A DNA stretch of 64,000 nt from Waddliaceae bacterium. Lineage in GTDB: Bacteria; Chlamydiota; Chlamydiia; Chlamydiales; SLFE01. Positions 9,399 to 18,674 of the stretch are shown piece by piece (the first letter of the stretch is position 1; each line of letters begins with the position of its first letter). The position numbers were made by a program, and so were the translations under genes. The stretch is taken from assembly GCA_963783885.1 (NCBI GenBank), contig CAWAPJ010000029.1:1-64000 (forward strand), read 5' to 3'. The notes under the pieces are model-generated. The model was not told where the DNA came from. It made no database searches and saw nothing but the letters and a program-made list of their open reading frames with translations.

Positions 9399-10391
9399 GC
9401 CCTTATTCTTTTGCCACATTTTTCGAAGTTATCGCCCTTTTTTTTCAGAGGCTGTTTTTATTTTTGACCGGACAGCTTCCGGTTGACAGCTTTCGCATCC
9501 GACGACATACAAATCCTTGTTCTTATGTCCGTTGCCATATCGGGGGCTTTGGTGGGGTCTTTACTCATTCTCAGACAAATGACTATGCTGGCCAACGCCC
9601 TCTCCCACACAATCCTTGTCGGAATTGTCGTCGTCTATGTTTTTACCAATACCGGTCTTTTTGAACAGGCCGGGGCTATCAATATACAGGCCATGCTTCT
9701 GGCCGCTTTGGCTATGGGGTTTGTCACTTCTTTTCTCACTCACTTTCTGACGAATATAATCAAACTGCAGGAAGATGCCAGCATCGGGCTGGTCTTCACC
9801 ACGCTTTTTGCCCTTGGCGTGATCTTGGTGACAGTTTTGACAAGAAGCGCCCATATCGGGCTTGAAATTGTGATGGGAAATGTTGACGCGCTGCATGTCG
9901 ACGATATAAAATTGGTTGCGATTATCGTGTTAATCAATGCCTCGCTGATTCTTTTGTTTTACAAAGAGTATCTGATCACAACTTTTGATCCCGGTCTGGC
10001 CCGCGCTCTCGGTTTTTCCACTTTGTTCTTTGATTACTTGCTGATGACTCAAACATCAATCACTGCGGTTGGGGGCTTTCGTGCTGTCGGCGTTCTGATG
10101 ATTCTGGCATTTATCACCGCTCCCGCGTTGACAGCCCGGCTTCTTACCGACAACCTCAAAGTTTTGCTTGCTCTTGCCATTGCCGTTGGCTGCCTGGCCT
10201 CTCTCTTCGGAGTTGCTCTATCCAGGCATCTCTTGACCATTTATGACCTTCCTATTTCGACGGGGGGGATAGTGGTCTGTGTTTTAATTATTTTTTATAT
10301 ATTAGCGATCATTTTTTCTCCCCGTCATGGTCTGATTGTCCGTATTGTCCGGCGGCGCAGGCTTCACGAGCAAATCGGGTTGAACAAATAA
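9395..10391 (+). pseudogene. ytgD: Metal ABC permease YtgD, frameshifted as assembled (probably intact in vivo)
   Basis: YtgD-like N-terminus MSPYSFATFFEV..F is in one frame and ASDDIQIL...ANALSHTIL in the other; one extra base between ~9468 and ~9493. Confidence 0.8.
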
Positions 10392-10408
10392 GTTTTTTCA
10401 GTTAGTAT
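10380..10408 (+). promoter_or_regulatory. Putative tRNA-Ser promoter
   Basis: TTGAAC-17 nt-TAGTAT, 15 nt before the tRNA. Confidence 0.45.
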
Positions 10409-10423
10409 TATAACCTTTCCTTC

Positions 10424-10511
10424 GGAGGAGTGTCCGAGCGGCCGAAGGAGCACGCTTGGAAAGCGTGTATACGGTAACCCCGTATCATGGGTTCGAATCC
10501 CATCTCCTCCG
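10424..10511 (+). tRNA. tRNA-Ser(GGA), CCA not encoded
   Basis: GGAGGAG/CTCCTCC acceptor stem, CACGC-TTGGAAA-GCGTG anticodon arm, long variable arm, GTTCGAATC T-loop, G discriminator. Confidence 0.96.
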
Positions 10512-10835
10512 TAACAAAAAGCCACCCTACGGGTGGCTTTTTTTACGGAGAGGCGAGATGTGATGAGAACCCGGGTTCGATCCGTAGCCGAAGGCGTAGG
10601 ACGATGGCCGCTTTAGCGGCCACCCCGAAGGGGCGAGACGAGCGAAGCGAGCGAGTCAATCCCATCTCCTCCGTAACAAAAAGCCACCCTACGGGTGGCT
10701 TTTTTTACGGAGAGGCGAGATGTGATGAGAACCCGGGTTCGATCCGTAGCCGAAGGCGTAGGACGATGGCCGCTTTAGCGGCCACCCCGAAGGGGCGAGA
10801 CGAGCGTAGCGAGCGAGTCAATCCCATCTTCTCCG
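10496..10835 (+). repeat. tRNA-linked tandem repeat: two 162-bp units and three copies of the tRNA 3' end
   Basis: AATCCCATCT(C/T)CTCCG at 10496, 10658 and 10820; the units differ at one position (10645/10807); each contains a GCCACCC-TAC-GGGTGGC-T7 terminator. Confidence 0.92.
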
Positions 10836-10845
10836 TTTTCAAACT

Positions 10846-11991
10846 TTATCCCATGCTAGATAGTGTACCAATCAGCATCTCAAGAGAGACAAATGAAACT
10901 GAAATCCCATCAAAATTCCTCTCATGTTTGTGATCAATATCAGCAGCTACAACGTAGTTTTTTCCTTTAGGATAGCGACGTCGAAAAATTTTGAGATTTT
11001 TAGGATCAAAATTTGCTGAGGACCATTTACACTCAATAGTAATGGGTGAAGACTTTCTGTTGCTTAAAATAAAGTCAATTTCATGTCCTTGCTTGTCACG
11101 CCAATAGTTTACATTTGACGTGCAACTTCTTCCAATCAATTCGTTTAAAACAATGTGTTCCCATAATTGTCCAAAATCTTCACGCCTAAGGTTAATCCAG
11201 CCGCGACAGTGACAGACAAATCCAGTATCAAAACCATACACTTTAGGTGCAGATACAATTTCTGTTGGAGTGTGTGTGCTATATGGTCTTACAATGTATG
11301 CAACAAACGTGGCTTCTAATACAGACAAATAATTTGAAATTGTTGTTCTACTAACTTCACATGGAGAAGCGAAGCGGCTAGCTTCAAACATGCTGCCGCT
11401 TTGTGCTAACATCAATTCGGTGAATTTCATAAAAGAGTGTCGCTTTTCTAAACGGAACAATTCTTGAACATCTTTAGCCCAGTAAGACGATAACCATTCC
11501 TGGTAGTCACTTTCGGGAAGTTCATCTTCCAGGAAAAATGGAGGTAGTCCACCCCGAAGTAATCGATACTGAAGGTCCTTTCCATCAAAATCTTCAATCT
11601 CATGAAGAAGCATTGGAGTCAGGTGAATTCGGACTTTTCGTCCTGTTAGACTATCTCGGAATTTTTTTGATGCTCCCAAAGTTGATGATCCAGTAGCGAT
11701 TACCTTTATGCTTGAGTAGTGATCTGCTGCTATCTTGAGCAATTCAGAGGGATTGTCTAGTCGGTGAATCTCATCAAGAATAATTCGTTTTCCCTTAACA
11801 CCTCTTAAAAAAGCTTCAGGATCTTCCATTAATCGACGAATTCTGGGTAACTCGCAATCAAAATATTCAATATTGTTTAGACTCTGACAAAGCCATGTTT
11901 TGCCTACGCGTCTAATACCAGCCAGCCATATTATTGATCGTTTTTTCCAAGCCTCTTCTAGCTTTGCCTGCCAATATTTTCGTTTAATCAT
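10846..11991 (-). CDS. AAA_14-type ATPase with DUF4143 and C-terminal PD-(D/E)xK-like domain
   Basis: GIRRVGKT Walker A, ILDEIH Walker B, TGSS, GGLP, PKVYGFDTG, YWRDKQGHEIDF..IECK. Confidence 0.85.
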   Translation of the reverse strand: MIKRKYWQAKLEEAWKKRSIIWLAGIRRVGKTWLCQSLNNIEYFDCELPRIRRLMEDPEAFLRGVKGKRIILDEIHRLDNPSELLKIAADHYSSIKVIATGSSTLGASKKFRDSLTGRKVRIHLTPMLLHEIEDFDGKDLQYRLLRGGLPPFFLEDELPESDYQEWLSSYWAKDVQELFRLEKRHSFMKFTELMLAQSGSMFEASRFASPCEVSRTTISNYLSVLEATFVAYIVRPYSTHTPTEIVSAPKVYGFDTGFVCHCRGWINLRREDFGQLWEHIVLNELIGRSCTSNVNYWRDKQGHEIDFILSNRKSSPITIECKWSSANFDPKNLKIFRRRYPKGKNYVVAADIDHKHERNFDGISVSFVSLEMLIGTLSSMG

Positions 11992-12542
11992 ACGCCATCA
12001 TAATTTCATTTAGTATTACTATATGCAATCATAACAGCATATAGAAAAAAACGTCAAATTCAAAGTAATACTCACCAGTAAGCCATTCCCAATTCGTTAA
12101 ATTTGAGCAGTTTAAGTTTATACAACTCGTGATGTCTTGATCGATTCATTTGAGTCTATCAAGCAGCTAAAGGAAGCAATTCACTGAGAATGTTTCCAAA
12201 CTCTCTCCAAGGAAAAGTTCGAAGGCCGTCCCACAGAATCTAAGAGTCCTCTGACCACAATTTTTACCTTCTCCTTTGTATTTAAACAGGAGTAGATTTT
12301 TGCAAAATCATTGACCAGCAATTCCCGCTGAGTCACAATTTTCTGAATCAGAGTTGTTTGGGATAGGTGTGTTCGTAGATTCTGCGGCAAAATTCTCGTT
12401 GGATTTCTCTGAAATATCTGTATCGCTACCGGCCAGTTCCTCTATTGGCGGGTTAGCAGCACTTAGCACTTGATCATCGGGAGCGCCAGCGGGAATTGAT
12501 GATCATTGACACATAATGATACTTTGAATAGAAAAATAAGGT

Positions 12543-13589
12543 GTGATCTACTGTTTTTTACTGCTTTTAATGATACACGGTTCTTTGTCTTCTCAGGATA
12601 TTAAGGATTATTACTTTTTTAATGACATCTCTTCCCTACCGTTGTCCTCATGGGATGATCCCGCCACAGAGGATTATTTAATGATTGACCAATTTCTTCA
12701 AGACAAGAAGAACGAATTAGTTGCTACTCCACATCATCTTAGGCCCTTCAAAAATGATTACTTAAATAAAGAGTTTTATGGCTGGATTACCTATCGTTCC
12801 CCGGGGAATTTATTCGCTCCCGAAGACATAAGAGGGGTTCATATTGATTATCTTGGAAATGATCCCAACATAATGGATAAATGTGTCATATGCTATGTCA
12901 CTTATAATAAAAAGGGTGGGCGTAACTACATGCGAGGGTTAAAGTATCTGACAAAAGCTCTTAAAAAAATAAATTTTGAAGGACATCTCATCTATTGTAT
13001 CGGAGCATACCCGGGATTGAGCAGAGGACGTTTACTTTATGCGGATGTTCCTTACGCATTTAAAACATTTCTTTTTGAAGAGGCCAAAAACCTAGGCTAT
13101 CATCAGGTTTTATGGCTTGACGCGTGCTGTGTTCCTTTAAGAAGCATTTCCCCTCTTTTTAAGCACATTGAGAAGGAAGGCATTGGTTTTCGAGGGATGG
13201 GGCCCCTATCCTGGACTCCCCTTCACGAAGGGTACAAAGAGTTAATGCCGGAGTTTAATATATCGGAGAAAAAATCGTATCTATTGCAAACGAATCAAGT
13301 GATCGGAATCAATTTTGATAGTGAAATCGGGAATCAATTTTTAGATAGAATGATACAGCTGATTGATAAAAAAATTCCGTTTTTAATGGGTGATGACCCT
13401 CCTCTTACATTTCTTGTCCATGATATGAATCTCCAAAGCAAACAATTCCCTAAAAAATGGATTGCCGAGCTTGCTTGGAATAGCATTGATTATGCGCGTT
13501 GGAAAAAAAAGCACCCAAAAGCTATGGTTTGCCATAATTATGCGCTCATTCAAGAAGAAATCGATATTCCAGAAAACCTCTTTGATTAG
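12543..13589 (+). CDS. Exported glycosyltransferase-like hypothetical protein
   Basis: Signal-peptide-like N-terminus; PYAFK...EA...GYHQVLWLDA motif resembles GT-A-fold nucleotide-sugar transferases. Confidence 0.55.
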   Translation: MIYCFLLLLMIHGSLSSQDIKDYYFFNDISSLPLSSWDDPATEDYLMIDQFLQDKKNELVATPHHLRPFKNDYLNKEFYGWITYRSPGNLFAPEDIRGVHIDYLGNDPNIMDKCVICYVTYNKKGGRNYMRGLKYLTKALKKINFEGHLIYCIGAYPGLSRGRLLYADVPYAFKTFLFEEAKNLGYHQVLWLDACCVPLRSISPLFKHIEKEGIGFRGMGPLSWTPLHEGYKELMPEFNISEKKSYLLQTNQVIGINFDSEIGNQFLDRMIQLIDKKIPFLMGDDPPLTFLVHDMNLQSKQFPKKWIAELAWNSIDYARWKKKHPKAMVCHNYALIQEEIDIPENLFD

Positions 13590-13760
13590 ATGGTTAACTA
13601 TGCTGCATAGTGTGAGAAATACGGTTAGACTTCTGATATCTCTTGTGATTTTATGAGATGCCGGATAGCTGAAGAAATTTTTCGCTCAATAAAACTGTAA
13701 GACAAAAATTCCTATTTTTTCTACCATCTTGAATATTTAACAAGTAAAAGAGAGATCTCA

Positions 13761-14078
13761 ATGCAGCTGGTAAATGATCAATGGCACAATTATGATTTAG
13801 GCGAAAAGAGGAGAGAGGCAGTAAAAGATGGAAAGATTCAATTTAGCAAAGAGAAAGGCCAAAAATTTCCCATGATCATTAATTTTAATACTCAGATAGA
13901 GTATATCCAGGAACATCGGTTTGAGCTTTCTCCAAAGTTGAGAGTGAGTTATTCTAACGGTTTCCGCAATGATCTCAGATTTATCACCAAAGAATACACA
14001 ATGGAATTTGCAGAGAAACATATTTTAAAGCATGGACGTGAAAATGCTGAAAAAATTTTGAGCTCGACAGAAACCTGA
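13761..14078 (+). CDS. Hypothetical protein
   Basis: 105-aa ATG ORF with purine-rich upstream sequence; no recognised motif. Confidence 0.5.
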   Translation: MQLVNDQWHNYDLGEKRREAVKDGKIQFSKEKGQKFPMIINFNTQIEYIQEHRFELSPKLRVSYSNGFRNDLRFITKEYTMEFAEKHILKHGRENAEKILSSTET

Positions 14079-14145
14079 TCTCTTTATTTTCATATCATTT
14101 ATCACTATGGGACCTTTAACAATTTGGCGAAAAAATTAGAAAAAA

Positions 14146-14712
14146 ATGATTAATGACAAGCCGCGTTGTTTTGGCGGAGAGCCTGGCAAGGAATTTTATG
14201 CGGATTACCACGACAACGAGTGGGGGATTCCGGTTCATGATGACATAAAACTGTTTGAGATGCTGATTCTTGAAGGGGCGCAGGCCGGTCTTAGCTGGGA
14301 GACGGTATTAAAAAAGCGGAAAGGCTACCGGAAAGCCCTTTTTGGTTTCGATCCTGTGAAAGTCGCCGCCATGAGTGATGAAGAGCTTGAAGCACTTCGC
14401 GAAAACCCGGAGATCATTCGCAACCGTTTAAAAATCTTTTCTACACGAAAGAACGCTCAAGTCTTTTTAGAAATTCAAAGTGAGTTCGGATCATTCGATT
14501 GTTATCTTTGGGGTTTTGTCAATGGGAAGCCAGTCAGAAATCATTGGAAACGTTTTGAGGAAGTTCCGGCCAGCACTCCGGTCAGCGACGCGATATCAAA
14601 GGACTTGAAACGAAGGGGTATGTCTTTTGTCGGCTCGACAATCATATACGCTTTTATGCAAGCTGTCGGCCTTGTAGACGATCATTTACAAGGCTGCTGG
14701 AAAGCAAAATAG
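14146..14712 (+). CDS. tag: DNA-3-methyladenine glycosylase I
   Basis: RC..., YHDNEWG, LFEMLILEGAQAGLSW, IIRNRLKI, FVGSTIIYAFMQAVG..DDH..C. Confidence 0.95.
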   Translation: MINDKPRCFGGEPGKEFYADYHDNEWGIPVHDDIKLFEMLILEGAQAGLSWETVLKKRKGYRKALFGFDPVKVAAMSDEELEALRENPEIIRNRLKIFSTRKNAQVFLEIQSEFGSFDCYLWGFVNGKPVRNHWKRFEEVPASTPVSDAISKDLKRRGMSFVGSTIIYAFMQAVGLVDDHLQGCWKAK

Positions 14713-14778
14713 CAGAAATTAACTTCAATAAAAATCTAATAACTGATATTATATTTTCCTATATTAGGAGGTCTTTTT

Positions 14779-15132
14779 ATGATTAAAATAAAATCTTTAT
14801 TATTTATTTGTTTTCTTTTTGTGGGAATCGGAGCCCTTTCTGCGGAAGCCAAATCGTTAAACTATTCAAATGATTACGGTTTTGAACAAGATCGGATGAT
14901 CATTGACCGTGGCGAAATCTTTATCATTTCCAGTTTTGATACTGAAGATCATGTCTCTGTTTACACGCTCTATGGGAGTCTCCTTTGGGATGCCGCTTTT
15001 CATGCGAAAATCCTTTCATGGGAAGTCACTGAAGGCTACTTGATTGTCTTCTCAAAAGATCGTCATGGACATACCACTTACTTGACCTGCATTGATCGGC
15101 TGACGGGCAAAAAAGTCTGGCAGAGGCCTTAA
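14779..15132 (+). CDS. Small exported protein with PQQ/beta-propeller-like blades
   Basis: AGGAGG RBS, signal peptide, YGSLLW and IDRLTGKKVW blade-like motifs. Confidence 0.65.
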   Translation: MIKIKSLLFICFLFVGIGALSAEAKSLNYSNDYGFEQDRMIIDRGEIFIISSFDTEDHVSVYTLYGSLLWDAAFHAKILSWEVTEGYLIVFSKDRHGHTTYLTCIDRLTGKKVWQRP

Positions 15133-15135
15133 GTT

Positions 15136-16194
15136 ATGGATTGTCTCCCTGCATTTAACCAACATTTAAAGAGTTTGCAGGCTTTCGTCGATGCCGAGCT
15201 GAAGAGTGAGGAAAAAAGGGATTACCGCTCATTTTCCTGCAAGCTGCGAGAGCATCGCGAAAGTCTTGAGAAATCGCTAGATGACCGCGTAAAAAAAGAG
15301 ATCGCTACCGAGTTGAAGGACTTGGCCAATAGCATAGGGAGTATTTTTGAACGGGCCCTAAACGATACAAAAGATGAACTGGAAACTCCTTTGGAAGTTA
15401 AGCAAATACGTGAAGAGGCGGGAAAATTCCAAATGCTGGCATTTGGAATTAAGCCTCCGTCTGCTGAATTCATACTCAAGTGGTCGGATGATTTAGCCCA
15501 GCAAGTTCTCGGCTTCATTTCCAATGCCGAAGATTCTTGTTCTGAAGGAATCAACATCTATCATTATCTGAACCGATACCCTGATGTCGTTCCTTATAAC
15601 AAAAATCGATTCCAACTGGCTGAGGGTGGATATTACAATGCAAGCGATATTCAATTGGAAGGCCGGCGCTACATTCTGGCTTCGGCTCCGAGGGAGATTG
15701 AACTAAATATATGGCGGCAAATGATCATTGACAGCAGATGCAGATCGATTTTTACTTTGACTAATGCCCATGAAGGGAGCAGAGAAAAGTGCTATCCTTT
15801 CTGGGAAGCCAAAGAGTCTTGCTCTCAAGAGATAATTTTTGAGAAAGAGAAGGTAAAAATTATTCGGAGACAACTTTCTTTTTCGGAAACAGTCGTGCAG
15901 TATCACGTGGTTAATTGGCCCGACTATGGGATTGTAGACTCTGAAATTATTCTCAAGCTGCATCAGCTTCTAGACTCCGAAAAACAGACCCATGAACATC
16001 CTCCAATCATACATTGCTCTGCAGGTGTTGGACGGACGGGAGTTCTCATGGCTTCTCATCTTCTGTTACGGGATAAAGAGAAGGGAATTCCGGTTGATAT
16101 AATCGGCAAGATCAAAGAGCTTCGCAGTCATCGCCGGCATATGGTTCAGACGGGTCCACAGCTTAAAATGATTGCTTGTGCGACTTCCTCATGA
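15136..16194 (+). CDS. Classical (eukaryote-type) protein tyrosine phosphatase
   Basis: NRYPDV pTyr loop, YYNAS, KCYPFW, WPDYG, HCSAGVGRTG, MVQT..Q. Confidence 0.92.
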   Translation: MDCLPAFNQHLKSLQAFVDAELKSEEKRDYRSFSCKLREHRESLEKSLDDRVKKEIATELKDLANSIGSIFERALNDTKDELETPLEVKQIREEAGKFQMLAFGIKPPSAEFILKWSDDLAQQVLGFISNAEDSCSEGINIYHYLNRYPDVVPYNKNRFQLAEGGYYNASDIQLEGRRYILASAPREIELNIWRQMIIDSRCRSIFTLTNAHEGSREKCYPFWEAKESCSQEIIFEKEKVKIIRRQLSFSETVVQYHVVNWPDYGIVDSEIILKLHQLLDSEKQTHEHPPIIHCSAGVGRTGVLMASHLLLRDKEKGIPVDIIGKIKELRSHRRHMVQTGPQLKMIACATSS

Positions 16195-18652
16195 ATGAAC
16201 GAAAGGGTGTTGTCTTTCCTTTGTTAAAGAAATGATAGATGAGGAGTTTGGCGCCGTCTTCGATGAAAATCCAAAATATGCAGTAAAGCCAAACCCAAAG
16301 GATCCAGATCCAGGGGATGGGGGTGATAAAGAGTCCGAAACCTGCAATCATCGCTGCGAGTGCCTGGGTACTGAGAATCGCGATAAGAAGGATGGGGGCG
16401 GGAAACGGCGGCATAAAAAAGGGTCTTTTATTTCTGGCGACGAATAGGGTGAGGTGTCCGGCGACAACCAGTTTTAAAAAGATCAGGGTTTGCAGCTCTT
16501 CTGTCGGCACTTTTGCAAAGGATTTGGCAAACACAAAAAGAAGGAAAGTTTCGATCACTCCGATAATACCTAAAATCGACGCTATGGTGAGAACCCGCCC
16601 CATATTCCACCTGACCGGCTTGGGGTCGAGGTAAGTGTTGTCATAGGCAATCGTCATAATCGGAAGGTCATTCATCAAGGCGAGCAGGATAATCATGATG
16701 GCTGTGATCGGGTAGACGTTATAGGCCAGCATGGTTAAAACGATAAAGAACATAATTCGAATGGTCTCGACAATCCGGTAGATAGCATAGCTGTTCATTC
16801 TTTCGAAAATGCGGCGGGCCTCTTCGATGGCGTTGATGATGACCGAAAGCCCGGGAAGGGTCAGAACAAGCGATGACGCTGCCCTAGCGGCATCGGTGGC
16901 GCCGCTGACAGCAATACCCACATTAGCTTGTTTGAGTGCAGGTGCATCGTTGACGCCGTCTCCTGTCATTCCCACGATATGATCGGTTTCCTGGAGTGAT
17001 TTGACGATTCCGTACTTGTGTTCGGGAAATACTTCGGCGAATCCGTTTGCCTCGGCGACTTTTTTCGGGGTATCGGGGAGCACTTCGCCCTTATCGCCAA
17101 GAAGCTCTTCTGCAGAATAAATTTTATCGCCAAGGCTGAGCTGTTCGGCAATCTCCTTGGCAATGGCGATGTTGTCGCCTGTGACCATTTTAACTATCAA
17201 TCCATGTTCTTCTGCTTCCTTGACGGTTTCTGCCGAATCCTCCCTCAAAGGATCGGCAAGGGGAAGAAGTCCCAGAAACTCCCAGTTTTTGCCGTCGCCG
17301 GACCTCGCGACCCCTAGGGTACGGAATCCCTTTTTGGCAAATTGGTCAATTGATTCATTGGCTTTGTTATAAACTGAGTCCTCTGGCTTGCTGAGGTTGA
17401 GAATGACTTGAGGGGCTCCTTTTGTCACATAGAGAGTTTTACCGTTTTTGGCCTCTACTGTCGCCTCGGTTCGTTTGATAACAGGATCGAATGGGACAAA
17501 TTTTGTTTGTTTGTAGGATTTCAGCTCTTCGGTGTTTCCAAGGCCGCCGATTACTGCCAGATCAATGGGGTCTTGGTTCTCTTCTTTCGAGGCAAGCGCG
17601 CCGGCCAAAACAAGATCTTGTACGTTCGCGCCGCCAAGAGGCATCGGATCCTGCAGCTTTAGCTTATTTTGCGTTAGGGTTCCGGTTTTGTCGGAGCACA
17701 GTATGTCCATTCCCGCCATCTCCTCAATGGAGTCAAGCTTGGTAACAATGGCTTTTCGTTTTGAAAGGGCCAAAGCTCCTGCTGCCATTGTGACGGAAAG
17801 CACGGCCGGCAGGGCGACCGGTATTGAGGCAACAGTCAGGATCAGCGCGAATCTTGCCAGAGTTAAGATGGAGTCACCCCGGGTCAGCTGGACAATAATC
17901 AGGATCGTGACAAGCGCCAGGCTGGTATAGATCAAAAAGTGGCCGATATTAATGACGGCTTTTTGAAAGTGCGAAGTGGATTCGGCGCTCATGACGAGCT
18001 CTGTTGTTTTGCCGAAGAAGGTGCTAGCTCCTGTCGCAGTCACAATGCCGATCATTTCTCCCTGTTTGGCCACCGATCCCGAGTAGCCGGTGTCGCCGAT
18101 CTTTTTATTTACCGGCAGCGACTCACCCGTCATAGCCGACTGATCGACAGACAGATAATCGCCGTCGATCATAGCGACGTCTGCGGGGATAATATCTCCC
18201 AGTCGAATCCGGATCACATCGCCCGGCACAAGTTCTGCCGCCTTGACGCTGATCCAGGATCCATCCCTTAAAACACGGCTTGTGCTGGCTAATTTTTTCT
18301 TTAAAGCTTCAACGGCGTTTCCCGCCTGAAATTCCTGCCAGAACCCCACTAAAGAGTTAAAGATCAGCAAGATCATGATAATGATAAAATCGACCCAGTC
18401 TTGCGAGATGAGCGAGAGAATTGCCGCGGCTTCGATCATCCAGGGGATCGGACCCCAAAAGTAGCTTAAGAATTTAAGGATCGGGTTGACTTTTTTTTCT
18501 TCAAGAGCATTAGGGCCTACTTTTTCAAGTCTTTGCTTAGCTTCGCTGGCGGAAAGACCCTCGGGTCCCGAGTCCAGTTTTTTATAAAGACCGTCGAGAT
18601 CATCTATATGTCCCTTACCCTTAGCTGTCTCTTTATCTACAGTCTGTGTCAT
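16163..18652 (-). CDS. P-type IIIA plasma-membrane H+-exporting ATPase
   Basis: TGES, IPVALPAV, CSDKTGTLT, KGAP, TGDGVNDAPALK, YRI (M5 Arg), LMND (M6 Asp). Confidence 0.9.
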   Translation of the reverse strand: MTQTVDKETAKGKGHIDDLDGLYKKLDSGPEGLSASEAKQRLEKVGPNALEEKKVNPILKFLSYFWGPIPWMIEAAAILSLISQDWVDFIIIMILLIFNSLVGFWQEFQAGNAVEALKKKLASTSRVLRDGSWISVKAAELVPGDVIRIRLGDIIPADVAMIDGDYLSVDQSAMTGESLPVNKKIGDTGYSGSVAKQGEMIGIVTATGASTFFGKTTELVMSAESTSHFQKAVINIGHFLIYTSLALVTILIIVQLTRGDSILTLARFALILTVASIPVALPAVLSVTMAAGALALSKRKAIVTKLDSIEEMAGMDILCSDKTGTLTQNKLKLQDPMPLGGANVQDLVLAGALASKEENQDPIDLAVIGGLGNTEELKSYKQTKFVPFDPVIKRTEATVEAKNGKTLYVTKGAPQVILNLSKPEDSVYNKANESIDQFAKKGFRTLGVARSGDGKNWEFLGLLPLADPLREDSAETVKEAEEHGLIVKMVTGDNIAIAKEIAEQLSLGDKIYSAEELLGDKGEVLPDTPKKVAEANGFAEVFPEHKYGIVKSLQETDHIVGMTGDGVNDAPALKQANVGIAVSGATDAARAASSLVLTLPGLSVIINAIEEARRIFERMNSYAIYRIVETIRIMFFIVLTMLAYNVYPITAIMIILLALMNDLPIMTIAYDNTYLDPKPVRWNMGRVLTIASILGIIGVIETFLLFVFAKSFAKVPTEELQTLIFLKLVVAGHLTLFVARNKRPFFMPPFPAPILLIAILSTQALAAMIAGFGLFITPIPWIWILWVWLYCIFWIFIEDGAKLLIYHFFNKGKTTPFRSFMRKSHKQSF

Positions 18653-18674
18653 GGCCTTACTTTAACGAATTTTT

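Noticed and set aside
10496..10835. Possible CRISPR array
   Set aside because: The 'spacers' are near-identical and 146 bp long, the repeat is the tRNA 3' end, and there are no cas genes
10487..10933. 148-aa ORF with a duplicated peptide
   Set aside because: It starts inside the tRNA and arises because the 162-bp repeat is a multiple of 3
12040..12500. Possible transposase or gene remnant (SFESIKQLKEAI-like peptide; 69-aa ORF)
   Set aside because: Too short and degenerate to call; no inverted repeats or DDE motif seen
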